64,000 nucleotides of DNA, taken from assembly GCA_025936115.1 (NCBI GenBank), contig JAICTZ010000038.1, positions 1,975-65,974 on the forward strand, in the 5' to 3' direction. Under the pieces are notes generated by a model. It was given only the letters and a program-made list of their open reading frames with translations. It had not been told where the DNA came from and did not search any database. This DNA comes from Polyangiaceae bacterium (GTDB lineage Bacteria > Myxococcota_A > Polyangia > Polyangiales > Polyangiaceae). Shown piece by piece: positions 52,998-62,468 of the stretch. The first letter of the stretch is position 1, and every line of letters starts with the position of its first letter. The translations under genes and the position numbers were made by a program.

Positions 52998-54338
52998 ATG
53001 TTTCGAAAGTTCATCGTCCTCGCGTCGCTCGCCGTCCTCGGCGCCTGCTCCAGTGACAAGGCCGCGACGCCTCCGGCCGCGTCTACGTCGAGCGCGCTCA
53101 CGTATTACGACGACGCCCTGCCCATCTTCGAGCAGCATTGCCTCGAGTGTCACCAGAACGGCGGGATCGCGCCGTTTCGGCTCGATCAGTACGCCGACGC
53201 GAAGCTGCAGGCGGGCGCCATCGTCGCCGCGTTACAGAGTCGTGAGATGCCGCCGTGGGCCGCGACCTCGGACGGCAGCTGCCAGAATTTCTCGCACAGC
53301 TTGGCGCTCGCGGACGAGGACCGCCAAACGCTGACGCAATGGGCGACGAGCGGCGCGGCCGAAGGCACGCCGCGCGCGGTCGAGCTGCCGTCGCGCCCAG
53401 CGCTCCCCGATGCGACCGATTTTTCGACGCCGATGTTCTCGCCGGTCGCGCAGGGAGGCGACCTCGCCGAATTCGACGAATATCGCTGCTTCATGCTGGA
53501 TCCGGGCATCGACGACGTGCGTTACATCACCGGTTACGACGTGGTTCCCGGCACGCCCTCGGTCATTCATCACGTGCTCGTCAGCATCGTCGATCCGGAC
53601 GCCGAGTCCGACTTGGAGGGCATGACTAATGGCGAGGTCATGACGGAACTGCACGCTCAGTCACCGGATCGCGAAGGTTGGCCGTGCTTCGGTGGGGCGG
53701 GTGACAACGTGAACGTCGAGTCCGTCCCCGTCGCATGGGCACCTGGGCAAGGCATGGTCGAGTACCCGGGCGAGAGCGGCGTCCCGCTCGTCCCCGGACG
53801 TCGTCTCGTCGTGCAAGTTCACTATAACCTCGCCGGCAATCCGGGTGCGATCACGGACCAATCCGTCGTTCGACTGCGCCTGGCGCAAACCGTTCCGAAC
53901 GTCGGCGTCGTCGTCTTGGAAGACCAGCTGCTGGACACTCTGTTCGACGGCACCCCGCACGCCCTCGAACCCGGTAAACCGTCCGTCACCTACGGCTGGC
54001 AGACGCACGTGAGTGACTACTTTGGCAGCCTGAGCGACGTGAAGCTCTATGGCGTGATGCCGCACATGCACCAGCGGGGTCACAAATTCCGCATGAACGT
54101 CAGCTCAGGCGCCACCCCGACGTGCGGTATGGATGTCCAGCAGTGGGACTTTCACTGGCAGCACATGTACTTCTACTCGCAGCCCCTCGACGTGACACCC
54201 GACACGAAGATAGACGTGACGTGCGACTTCGATACCTCTTCGGATACGGCGCCGGTGTTGCCGGGCTGGGGCACGCGTAACGAGATGTGCCTGGCGGTGA
54301 TGTACTTCGTCGTACCAGCCGCGGAGCTCGCGCAGTAG
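52998..54338 (+). CDS. Lipoprotein: cytochrome-c-like CxxCH module fused to a copper type II monooxygenase (PHM/DBH)-like domain
   Basis: Lipobox VLGAC. HCLECHQNGGIAPFRL resembles the planctomycete-type cytochrome c motif. VIHHVLV and MPHMHQRGHKF with downstream Met resemble the HxH...M copper site of PHM-like domains. Confidence 0.6.
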   Translation: MFRKFIVLASLAVLGACSSDKAATPPAASTSSALTYYDDALPIFEQHCLECHQNGGIAPFRLDQYADAKLQAGAIVAALQSREMPPWAATSDGSCQNFSHSLALADEDRQTLTQWATSGAAEGTPRAVELPSRPALPDATDFSTPMFSPVAQGGDLAEFDEYRCFMLDPGIDDVRYITGYDVVPGTPSVIHHVLVSIVDPDAESDLEGMTNGEVMTELHAQSPDREGWPCFGGAGDNVNVESVPVAWAPGQGMVEYPGESGVPLVPGRRLVVQVHYNLAGNPGAITDQSVVRLRLAQTVPNVGVVVLEDQLLDTLFDGTPHALEPGKPSVTYGWQTHVSDYFGSLSDVKLYGVMPHMHQRGHKFRMNVSSGATPTCGMDVQQWDFHWQHMYFYSQPLDVTPDTKIDVTCDFDTSSDTAPVLPGWGTRNEMCLAVMYFVVPAAELAQ

Positions 54339-54356
54339 GGGTCCGAGCCGCCCGAC

Positions 54357-55217
54357 TCAGGGTCGAACGATGCCCGGTGACGGCGCAGCTACTGCCGCGG
54401 CGCGCGCCTTGAGCCGCAGGAAGCGCCGCTCGAAGAAGTGCCACGACAGCGCGGAAATCACGACTGCCTCGGCGAACTCGACGATGATGGCGAGCGCGCG
54501 GGGACAGTCGGCGAACAGCGCGATGCCACTGACGTGCGCGAACCAGGGCGGGCCCGGGACGAACGGGTGGTAGACGTAGAATCCGTAGCTGATGACGCCG
54601 AGCCAGCGCAGTGGGGAGAGCTCCAAGAAAAGGACGAGACGACTGGTTTGCCGTTGCGCGACGTAGCTCACGAGACAGCCGCTGAAAAGCAGCCCGGTGA
54701 GGTAGAGCACGAGCGGATGACCGCCCAGTGGATCGTAGCTCGGGCGTGTCAGCGTGAACGCCAGCGCGAAGGCAATGCCCGTCCCGGCCAGCAATGGCGT
54801 GCTGCGTGAGAGCCGAACGCCGAGCGAAGTAGCCGAGGAGAGTCGCGCCAGACCACCGAGAGCCATGAAAGCGAAGCTCGTCGGGGGCAAGAGCGAGAGG
54901 GCGAGGGGATCGTAGTGAGCGAGCTCGGCCCCGAGCACGAGCGCGCCGCACGTCGCGAGCATGCCGGCGAGCAAGCGCTCGTGAAGGCGTGCCGGCACGA
55001 GGACGAGCAGCGGCGCGCTCAGGAGGTAGAATTGCTGTTCGAGGGCAAGCGACCAAAAATGCGAGACTCTGCTCCATTGGTGGCTCACGAGGGCGATGTA
55101 GACGTTTTGGACGTAGAAGAGATAGTAGGGGAACGCGCGCGGCTCGACGGCCGACGTGAGTAGGAACAGCGAGAAGAGCACCGCGTAGTAGAGCGGCAGG
55201 ATCGCTTGAACGTGCAC
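54357..55217 (-). pseudogene. N-terminally truncated acyltransferase-3 (OafA-like) gene
   Basis: It retains AILPLYY and HFWSLALEQQFYL plus downstream TM helices. The first ~80 aa (GLRG and FFVLSG helices) are missing, and the upstream in-frame sequence is Arg/Pro junk abutting the divergent gene at 55370. Confidence 0.5.
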
Positions 55218-55369
55218 GACGACCAGTTCGACGCTGCCGAGGCGTGTCGGTCGCGGTCGCGTTAGCTGCTGGCTGGGCGCCGAACGGCAGGGGTGGCCAC
55301 TTCTTCGGTTTTCGTGACGGAAGTCTCCGGCGTCGGCCACGAGGGAGCGCGCTTGGATGGGAGACGAAC

Positions 55370-56665
55370 ATGAAAAAGTACGGGACAGCTGTGAGTAGCG
55401 GGGTGCTCGTGATCGCGAGCGTGTTCGCGTTTCAGGGCTGCATGCCGGATACGCTCGTGGTCGGGAACAACCCGGGCGGGGCGGGCGAGGCTGAAAGTGG
55501 GGACAGCGGCGCCGCGGCCGGAACCGGTGGACAGGGCGGCCCGAGCGCCGGGACGGGCGGTTCGGGACCGCGTGCCGGGCGTGGCGGACGCGCTGGGTCG
55601 GGCCCGAGCGCCGGGACGGGCGGGTCTGGCCCGCGCGCGGGGGCTGGGGGCTCCGCGCCGCGCGCAGGGAGCGGAGGCACGGATGCGACTGCAGGAACCG
55701 GTGGCAGCGTGGCGGGGAGCGGAGGCACGGGACCGGGAGGCACAGGACCTGGCGGAAGCGGACCGGGCGCTGGCACGGGACCGAGCGCCGGCACGGGGTC
55801 GAGCGCGGGTGCCGGCGGTGAGGGGAGCGCGCCGTTCGTGTTCGACGGGGCGTGCAGCTGCAGCGCGGTGGGAGCTCACGAGTTCTCGTGCACGCTCGAC
55901 CGGCTCTCACTCGACAGTCGCATCACCGTGCCGAACAGTTGTGAGGCGGGCCTCGACTACGTCCACCGCAATGACTGCGGGCAGGGCTTCTCGACGTATC
56001 GTTGGGAGGACCACGGCAGTGAGTACTCGGTCGGCGTTCATATCGGATTGTTGACCAGCATGAAGGCCGTGGGCGGCGTGGGAGCGATCTGCGGCATCGA
56101 TGATCCGATTTATCGGACGGGAACGATCGCGACCGATCCGCCGCCTCCAGAGCTTGGCGCGCCAGATGAATGCCCGGCTTGCTCGGCGTGCGACGGCCCG
56201 GGCGCGGACGGCTCGACTTCCGCTCTGCCTCGTTGCGAGCCGTGCGATGACACGACCTTTGAGGGAACGTACGAAACGATCGCTGATTTCTGTCAATTTC
56301 ACAACTGTCCCGCGGATCTGGCCGCCGCCGAGACGAGCCTCGGAGCCAAGTGTCCCTCGAGCCCGTCAGCGAACTACATGGATTCGAGCGTACAGACCGG
56401 ATGTGGGCTCATCGGAGTTCGGCGACAGTTCGGCGGGGATCTCGTGGAGGCGTATTACTTCGACTCGCAAACGCATACGCTCGTCGGCGCGCTCCTCAGT
56501 AACGACCTCGCCTGGGGTACGTGCGGCTCATTCGCGTACTTCGGGGGGACCGTGCCGAGCTCCGGCGACAGGTGCGCCGACGCGTCCACTTGCACGCTCT
56601 GCGCGTATCCTTCCGATGACGTGCCCGAGGGCTCGAGCGCACCGCCGCCAGCCTGCACGGATTGA
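55370..56665 (+). CDS. Lipoprotein with long Gly-rich linker and Cys-rich C-terminal domain
   Basis: Lipobox AFQGC. GPSAGTGGSGPRAG-type repeats are followed by a ~270-aa domain with about 20 Cys. Confidence 0.65.
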   Translation: MKKYGTAVSSGVLVIASVFAFQGCMPDTLVVGNNPGGAGEAESGDSGAAAGTGGQGGPSAGTGGSGPRAGRGGRAGSGPSAGTGGSGPRAGAGGSAPRAGSGGTDATAGTGGSVAGSGGTGPGGTGPGGSGPGAGTGPSAGTGSSAGAGGEGSAPFVFDGACSCSAVGAHEFSCTLDRLSLDSRITVPNSCEAGLDYVHRNDCGQGFSTYRWEDHGSEYSVGVHIGLLTSMKAVGGVGAICGIDDPIYRTGTIATDPPPPELGAPDECPACSACDGPGADGSTSALPRCEPCDDTTFEGTYETIADFCQFHNCPADLAAAETSLGAKCPSSPSANYMDSSVQTGCGLIGVRRQFGGDLVEAYYFDSQTHTLVGALLSNDLAWGTCGSFAYFGGTVPSSGDRCADASTCTLCAYPSDDVPEGSSAPPPACTD

Positions 56666-56766
56666 TTTCTCGTGACGCATTTCGCGCGCGGCGGTCTCGG
56701 GGAAAGGCGCAAGCTCACGAGAAGCTCTGTCACTCTCGGGAAGAGCCATGGCAAGCTGCGCATGTG

Positions 56767-57801
56767 ATGGTCGCGCAAATACGGCTTGCACGCCGGATCC
56801 GGGCGAGTCTCTGTGCGCTCGCCGTGAGCGCTCCCGTGCTGCGCGCACGCGCCGAGGAAAGCGCGCCGGTCACGCTCGCGTGGAGCGCTCCGGCGGGCTG
56901 CCCCGACGAAACGGCCCTACGTTCCCGCATCGAACAGCTGCGCGGCGAGCACGGCACGGCTCCGCACGCTACGCCGCTCGAGGTGCGTGCGTTCGTGACG
57001 CTGCTCCCCGACGCGACCTTTCGCGCTCAGCTCGACCTCGTGCAGGGCGGCAGTGAACGTTCGCGCGTGCTCGAAGCGCCCACGTGCACGGACGTGACCG
57101 AAGCGAGCGCCGTCGTCATCGCGCTCGCGATTGCACCCGACGCGGAGAACGCGAGCGGTGCGCTCCCGATGCCGCCGCTCGAACCAGCCCTGGCGTCTCC
57201 CATCACCCTGCCGCCCGCCGCTGCGTTCACACCGGCGGCCGATCGCGGCGTGACGCGCCGGCCGGAGGCGTCACACGGCACTGCGGCTCTTGGAATCGAC
57301 GCGAGCGCGGGGCCCGCGATGGACTTCGGCGCGACCGCGAGCGTCGCCTTGGGAGCGACGGTGCTCGGGCGCTTGCGCGTGGGACGTCTCGTCTCCTTCG
57401 GGCTCCGCGGCAGCTTCTTTCCGTCGCACGCCTCGACGGTACCGCTCGAGCCGAGTCAAGGTGTCGATATCTGGCTCGCGGCCGTGGCTCCGCTCGCGTG
57501 CGTGAGTCCCGTCGAGCTCCCGTTCGAGCTCGACGGGTGCGCCGAGTTCGAGGCGGGCTACCTCCACGCGAGCGGATTCGGGCCGCCGCTCCGTTACCAA
57601 GAAGGCGCTCCGTGGCTTGCTCCGGGCGCCGGCTTGAGCGCGGCGTTCCCGAAGCGGGGGCGGGTGCGCTCGCGTGTGAGCGGCGATCTGCTTTTTCCGC
57701 TGAATCACACCGAGTTCGTGCTGACGAACGTCGGCGTGGCGCACCAATTGCCCGTCGTCGCTCCGCGCGTCGGCCTTTACCTCGAGCTCGCTTTTCCGTG
57801 A
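56767..57801 (+). CDS. Secreted hypothetical protein upstream of the ECF sigma gene
   Basis: Signal peptide ending LRARAEE. The C-terminal half has alternating strands ending LYLELAFP. Confidence 0.55.
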   Translation: MVAQIRLARRIRASLCALAVSAPVLRARAEESAPVTLAWSAPAGCPDETALRSRIEQLRGEHGTAPHATPLEVRAFVTLLPDATFRAQLDLVQGGSERSRVLEAPTCTDVTEASAVVIALAIAPDAENASGALPMPPLEPALASPITLPPAAAFTPAADRGVTRRPEASHGTAALGIDASAGPAMDFGATASVALGATVLGRLRVGRLVSFGLRGSFFPSHASTVPLEPSQGVDIWLAAVAPLACVSPVELPFELDGCAEFEAGYLHASGFGPPLRYQEGAPWLAPGAGLSAAFPKRGRVRSRVSGDLLFPLNHTEFVLTNVGVAHQLPVVAPRVGLYLELAFP

Positions 57802-57832
57802 CGGAAGACCGGACGCTCGGTAACTAGCTCGG

Positions 57833-58402
57833 ATGGCCGCCTCACCGGACGCCATGCCTCGACTCGCGCTGGCGGGAAGCACCGGTGTGAACGACTGGTC
57901 GGTTTTTTATGACGAGCACTTCGATTTCGTGTGGCGGAGCCTGCGACGGCTCGGCGTGCCGGAAGCGTCGCTCGACGACGCGGCGCAAGAAGTGTTTCTC
58001 GTCGCGTTTAGGCGAGGAAATGAGTTCGAGGGTCGCTCGTCGGTGCGCACCTGGCTCTTCGGCATCGCGTGGAATCGCGCGCGCGAGCTGCTCCGCGGTG
58101 CGCGGCGCCGGCCCGAAGAGCCACTGCCGGACGTATTGCCTGCAGCGCCCCGCGCGGATCAGGAGCAAACTGCCATCGAACGCGAAGCGCTCCGCTTCGC
58201 GTACCGCGTGCTCGACGAGCTCGCTCCCGAACGGCGCGCCGTCCTCGTCATGGTCGACGTGGAGGAGATGACGGGCGTGGAGATCGCCGAAATCCTCGGG
58301 GTCCCAGTCAACACCGTGTACTCGCGCATTCGCCTGGCGCGGCGCGATTTCGAGGCGGCGCTCAAACGCTGCCGTGCGCGAGAGCCAAGGAGGCAGGAAT
58401 GA
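57833..58402 (+). CDS. ECF sigma factor
   Basis: Region 2 is DDAAQEVFLVAFRR. Region 4 is EEMTGVEIAEILGVPVNTVYSRIRLARRDF. Confidence 0.88.
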   Translation: MAASPDAMPRLALAGSTGVNDWSVFYDEHFDFVWRSLRRLGVPEASLDDAAQEVFLVAFRRGNEFEGRSSVRTWLFGIAWNRARELLRGARRRPEEPLPDVLPAAPRADQEQTAIEREALRFAYRVLDELAPERRAVLVMVDVEEMTGVEIAEILGVPVNTVYSRIRLARRDFEAALKRCRAREPRRQE

Positions 58403-59247
58403 ACGAGCTCAAGCCCGAGGCGCGCGCAGTGCTCGATGCGCTCAAGGCCGACGGCCCGAGCACCGAACGAAGGGCGCACGTCAAATCGCGAGTGCTGCTC
58501 GCTCTCGGTAGCGGCGCTGCGGCGCTCGGTGGCTCGGCGGCAGCAGCGAGCCCCGTCGTGTCGAGTGCAGCCGTGGGCACGGCCGTCGGCGCGGCGAAAG
58601 GGCTCGCCGTCGGTTCTTTGTTGGTGTGGTTTGGGGTGGGAGCCGCGGCGGGCGTCGGAGTGAGCGGCGTGATCGCGGCGGCGCGCGTCGTAGCGGCCCC
58701 GCCCGCGAGCGCGCCGCCGCCTCCAGTGCCGCTCGTGCCCCAAGGCGTCGTGCCGCAGCCGGAGCTCCCGGCGCGCCCGGGTGCGGTGGCGTTTTCGGAG
58801 CCGAACGGCGACGATACGCAGCGAGGCGTCGCGAATGAAGGTGCCCGGAACGTTCTTCGTGGTCCTAACGGCGCACCTGGGCGCGTGGTTCCGTCGCCTG
58901 CGAATGCACCGTCCGCGGCGAACGCGCCGTTCGTGACGAACGCGCCGTCCGCTGCGACGAGCTCGACCTTGAGCGAAGAAGCAGCGCTTCTGCAGCGCGC
59001 CGAACGGGCGCTCGCCGTGCACGCTCCCACCGCGGCGCTCGCCGTGCTGAGCGAACATGAACGGCGTTTCCCCGCAGGCGCCCTGCGCGAGGAGCGTGAA
59101 GCCGCGAGAGTACTGGCCTTCTGCGCACTCGGCCGCGTCGCAGACGCGCGCTCACTCGCGCGAGCCTTCGTGAGCGCCGCACCGCGCTCGGTGCTCGTGC
59201 CACGTCTCGAGCGCTCATGCGTGGGTTCGGACGTGAAGTCGCGCTAG
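58399..59247 (+). CDS. Putative anti-sigma factor (single-pass membrane protein)
   Basis: Its ATG overlaps the sigma stop (ATGA). It has a short N-terminal cytoplasmic part, a TM segment (LLVWFGVGAAAGVGVSGVIAAA), a Pro/Ala linker and a helical TPR-like C-terminus. Confidence 0.6.
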   Translation: MNELKPEARAVLDALKADGPSTERRAHVKSRVLLALGSGAAALGGSAAAASPVVSSAAVGTAVGAAKGLAVGSLLVWFGVGAAAGVGVSGVIAAARVVAAPPASAPPPPVPLVPQGVVPQPELPARPGAVAFSEPNGDDTQRGVANEGARNVLRGPNGAPGRVVPSPANAPSAANAPFVTNAPSAATSSTLSEEAALLQRAERALAVHAPTAALAVLSEHERRFPAGALREEREAARVLAFCALGRVADARSLARAFVSAAPRSVLVPRLERSCVGSDVKSR

Positions 59248-59512
59248 TCGCCGACGGCTTGCCCGATCCCATTCGAGTAGGTGTTGCGGGGCCGAGGGTG
59301 GTCGTCTGGACGGCTCCATGACGCATTCACCTGGCGCCACGTTCGTCGCCAGTGGTCGCAACCCTGAGCGGCCGGCGCACGCGCTCGTCTCAAGGCGCGA
59401 ATGGCGCCGTCCCGGCATGAGAAGCGCGAGTCAATCCGAGCTCGCGTCGCCGTGCAACCTCGTGACTCTACGTGGCCACGCGCCGGCACGGTTCGTGGAG
59501 TGTCTAGACACG

Positions 59513-59788
59513 ATGAAGCGCACGCCGAGCGACGAAAGATTCTTGGTCTCTTACATGGCGAAGGTCGACCGCATGGCCGCTGTGCTCGGAGGTATTCCGG
59601 TGTGGGAGGTCCTGCCGGACAGCGCCGCCGAAGCGGCGGGGCTCCTGTTCGGGGACATCGTCCTCAGCATCAATCGGACGCCCACGCCGACCTTCGCCGA
59701 CTTCCTCGAGGCCGGGCGGATTCACCTCGAACGCCTCGAATTTCAGGTGTTCCGCAACGGGCAACTGCTCGAGCTCTGCGCCGAATAG
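59513..59788 (+). CDS. Small PDZ-domain protein
   Basis: VLPDSAAEAAGLLFGDIVLSINRTP matches the PDZ GD-I-hydrophobic-x-hydrophobic-N core. Confidence 0.55.
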   Translation: MKRTPSDERFLVSYMAKVDRMAAVLGGIPVWEVLPDSAAEAAGLLFGDIVLSINRTPTPTFADFLEAGRIHLERLEFQVFRNGQLLELCAE

Positions 59789-59931
59789 CGCGACTCATCT
59801 CTTGTCGAGGCACGACGAGAGCCCTTTTCTGGAGGTAGGCGGGCTGACTCAAGCCTGTCCCATTGACCGGCACTCGCGTTCCCGGGTGTGATTCGACGAC
59901 GGCGTAGAGCGCCGCGAGGGTCACGTCAGGG

Positions 59932-61461
59932 ATGGATAGGTACGAACAGGCCGCGAGCGTCAGCGTCGGAGAGATCCTGGCGGGGAAGTACCGGATCGAT
60001 CGCGTGCTCGGCGCGGGCGGCATGGGCGTCGTCGTGGCGGCGCACCATCTACAACTCGACGAGCGGGTCGCCATCAAATTCCTTTTGCCGGAGATGCTCG
60101 CCCAGCAAGACGCCGTGATGCGTTTTTCGCGCGAGGCCCGCGCCGCGGTGAAGATCAAGAGCGAGCACGTCGCGCGCGTGACGGACGTGGGCACGCTCGA
60201 GACCGGTGCCCCGTACATGGTGATGGAGTACCTCGAGGGCGCCGACCTCGCGGAGCTCGTGAGAAGGGGGCCGCTGCCGATCTCGCAAGCCGTGGATTTC
60301 GTGCTGCAGGCGTGCGAAGCCATCGCCGAGGCGCACGCGCTCGGCATCGTGCATCGCGATCTCAAGCCCGCCAATCTTTTCCTCGCGACCCTGCCTGGCG
60401 GAGTGCAGAGCGTGAAGGTGCTCGACTTCGGCATCTCCAAGCTCACTGGGCTCAGCGCGTCCGGCGGTCAGGATTCCGCGACACGGACGAAAGCGCTGAT
60501 GGGGTCGCCGCTCTACATGTCGCCAGAGCAGATGGAGTCGTCGAAAGACGTCGACGTGCGCAGCGACCTCTGGGCGCTCGGCATCATCCTCTACGAGCTC
60601 ATCGCCGGCGTTTCACCTTTCCTTGCCGACACGATGCCGGAGCTCATTTTGCGCATCATGTCGAGCTCGGCGCCGTCCTTGCGCGAGCGGCGGCCCGATG
60701 TGCCAGCCGGCCTCGATGCCGCGATTTTGCGCTGTCTCGTGAAGGATCGCGCGCAACGCTGGCAGTCGGTGGGCGAGCTCGCCGCGGCGCTCTCGCCGTT
60801 CGGCACGCGCAAGGCGCGCTTGTCGGCCGAGCGCATCTCGCAGGTCATGGGCACCGCAGGAGCGCCGGGCAGCGTGCCGTGGAACCCGCTCGATTCGATG
60901 GCGCCGCAGGCTCCGGTGTCCGCCGTCGGCGGGACGGCAGCGTCCTTCGGCACGTCGGTGCACAAGCCGCAGCGCTCGCGATCAGTCGTCGTGCTCGGCG
61001 GCTCGGCGGTGGTCGTGGTCATCGCCCTCGCGGCGTATGCCGGACAGCGGCTCTGGCGCCACGAGGATTCGCCCGTCGTGCGCGAGATGCCGCTCGGCGT
61101 GACGACCCGATCCGTGAGCGCCTCGGCGCCACCCGCGCCCCCGAGCGAGCTCGCGCAGAATCCGAGCGGAACCACGACGGCGCTGCCAGTCGCGCCCGCG
61201 CTCGACGCGCACGTCACGCCCGCGCCCGAGGCGCCCGTCGCGCCGGCTCCAGCCGCTGTGAGCGCTGCGCGTGTGACATCGCCACGGCCCGGGGCGCCCG
61301 CCGTCGCGCGCCGTGGCGCCAAAGCAAGCGCGCCGCCCGTCGCCGCGCCCGCAGCCGTCGTACCGGCCGTCCGCACGCCCGCCGTGGCCCCGGCACCGCC
61401 GACGGCCAACCCGAGCTCGAAGAAAGCCTCGCCGTCGTCGCTGATCGACGAGCGGTACTGA
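59932..61461 (+). CDS. Ser/Thr protein kinase with TM segment and Pro/Ala-rich tail
   Basis: GAGGMGVVV, VAIKFL, HRDLKPANLFL, DFGISK and SPEQ Hanks motifs. There is a TM at VVVLGGSAVVVVIALAAY. Confidence 0.92.
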   Translation: MDRYEQAASVSVGEILAGKYRIDRVLGAGGMGVVVAAHHLQLDERVAIKFLLPEMLAQQDAVMRFSREARAAVKIKSEHVARVTDVGTLETGAPYMVMEYLEGADLAELVRRGPLPISQAVDFVLQACEAIAEAHALGIVHRDLKPANLFLATLPGGVQSVKVLDFGISKLTGLSASGGQDSATRTKALMGSPLYMSPEQMESSKDVDVRSDLWALGIILYELIAGVSPFLADTMPELILRIMSSSAPSLRERRPDVPAGLDAAILRCLVKDRAQRWQSVGELAAALSPFGTRKARLSAERISQVMGTAGAPGSVPWNPLDSMAPQAPVSAVGGTAASFGTSVHKPQRSRSVVVLGGSAVVVVIALAAYAGQRLWRHEDSPVVREMPLGVTTRSVSASAPPAPPSELAQNPSGTTTALPVAPALDAHVTPAPEAPVAPAPAAVSAARVTSPRPGAPAVARRGAKASAPPVAAPAAVVPAVRTPAVAPAPPTANPSSKKASPSSLIDERY

Positions 61462-61465
61462 ACTC

Positions 61466-62455
61466 ATGCGCCAGATCCCCATCGTTGCCTTGTTCGTGCT
61501 GTCCGTTATTTCGGCGCGCCCGGCGCGAGCCGGCGACGTCGCGGAAGCGGAAGCGCTTTTTCGCGAGGGGCGCGCCAAGATGGATGCGGGCGACTACGCG
61601 GCGGCGTGTCCGAAGCTCGCCGAAAGCTTCGAGCAAGATCCGGGCACGGGAACGCTCCTGGCGCTCGCGATGTGCCGCGAGCGCGCCGGTCAGCTCGCGA
61701 GCGCCTGGGCGAGCTACGGTCAAGTCGCGTCGCGCTCGAAGCGTGAAGGACGCGCCGATCGCGAGCAGGCGGCGCGCGAGGCCATGCAGGCGCTCGAACC
61801 GCGCCTTTCGCATCTGACGATCACCGTGGACCGCACGACGTCAGCGCTAGCGGGCCTCGTCGTCAAGCGAGACGGCGCGCCCGTCGGCTCGGGCGCTTGG
61901 GGCGCGGCCCTGCCGATCGATCCGGGCGAGCACGTGATCGAGGCCTCGGCGCCCGGCAAGCAGCCCTGGAGCAAGAAGCTCAGCATCGGCGCCGAGCGCG
62001 ACACCCAGAACATCGAGGTTCCCGAGCTCGTGCCGGAGCCGGCGGCTGCTTCGGCGCTGCCGACTGCGGCGGACGCGTCGGGTAGCGCTCCGGCGAGCAA
62101 GGGACCGCCGCTGCGCACGCTCGGCCTCGCCGTGGGCGGCGCTGGCGTGGTCGGGCTCGGGCTCGGCGTCGGTTTCGGGCTTCGCGCGCAAGCGTTGAAC
62201 GCACAATCGAACGAAAACGGACACTGCAACGCCCAGAACCAGTGCGATGCGGTCGGCGGCCAAAAGCGTGACGACGCGAAGAGCGCGGCCACGATCGCGA
62301 CGGCCGGCTTCATCGCGGGCGGTGTGCTCGCCGCGGCGGGTGTCACGCTCTTCGTCCTGGGAACCCACCGGCGCGAGCGTGCGGCGACGGTCGTAGAAGC
62401 AACCCCAGTGGTCGGACAGAACGACGTCGGGTTGCTCGTGCGCGGGTGTTTCTGA
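61466..62455 (+). CDS. Secreted TPR-like protein with C-terminal membrane anchor
   Basis: Signal peptide, EAEALFREGRAKMDAGDYAAACPKLAESF (TPR-like) and a C-terminal TM segment (IATAGFIAGGVLAAAGVTLFVL). Confidence 0.65.
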   Translation: MRQIPIVALFVLSVISARPARAGDVAEAEALFREGRAKMDAGDYAAACPKLAESFEQDPGTGTLLALAMCRERAGQLASAWASYGQVASRSKREGRADREQAAREAMQALEPRLSHLTITVDRTTSALAGLVVKRDGAPVGSGAWGAALPIDPGEHVIEASAPGKQPWSKKLSIGAERDTQNIEVPELVPEPAAASALPTAADASGSAPASKGPPLRTLGLAVGGAGVVGLGLGVGFGLRAQALNAQSNENGHCNAQNQCDAVGGQKRDDAKSAATIATAGFIAGGVLAAAGVTLFVLGTHRRERAATVVEATPVVGQNDVGLLVRGCF

Positions 62456-62468
62456 GCACGCGGGACGC

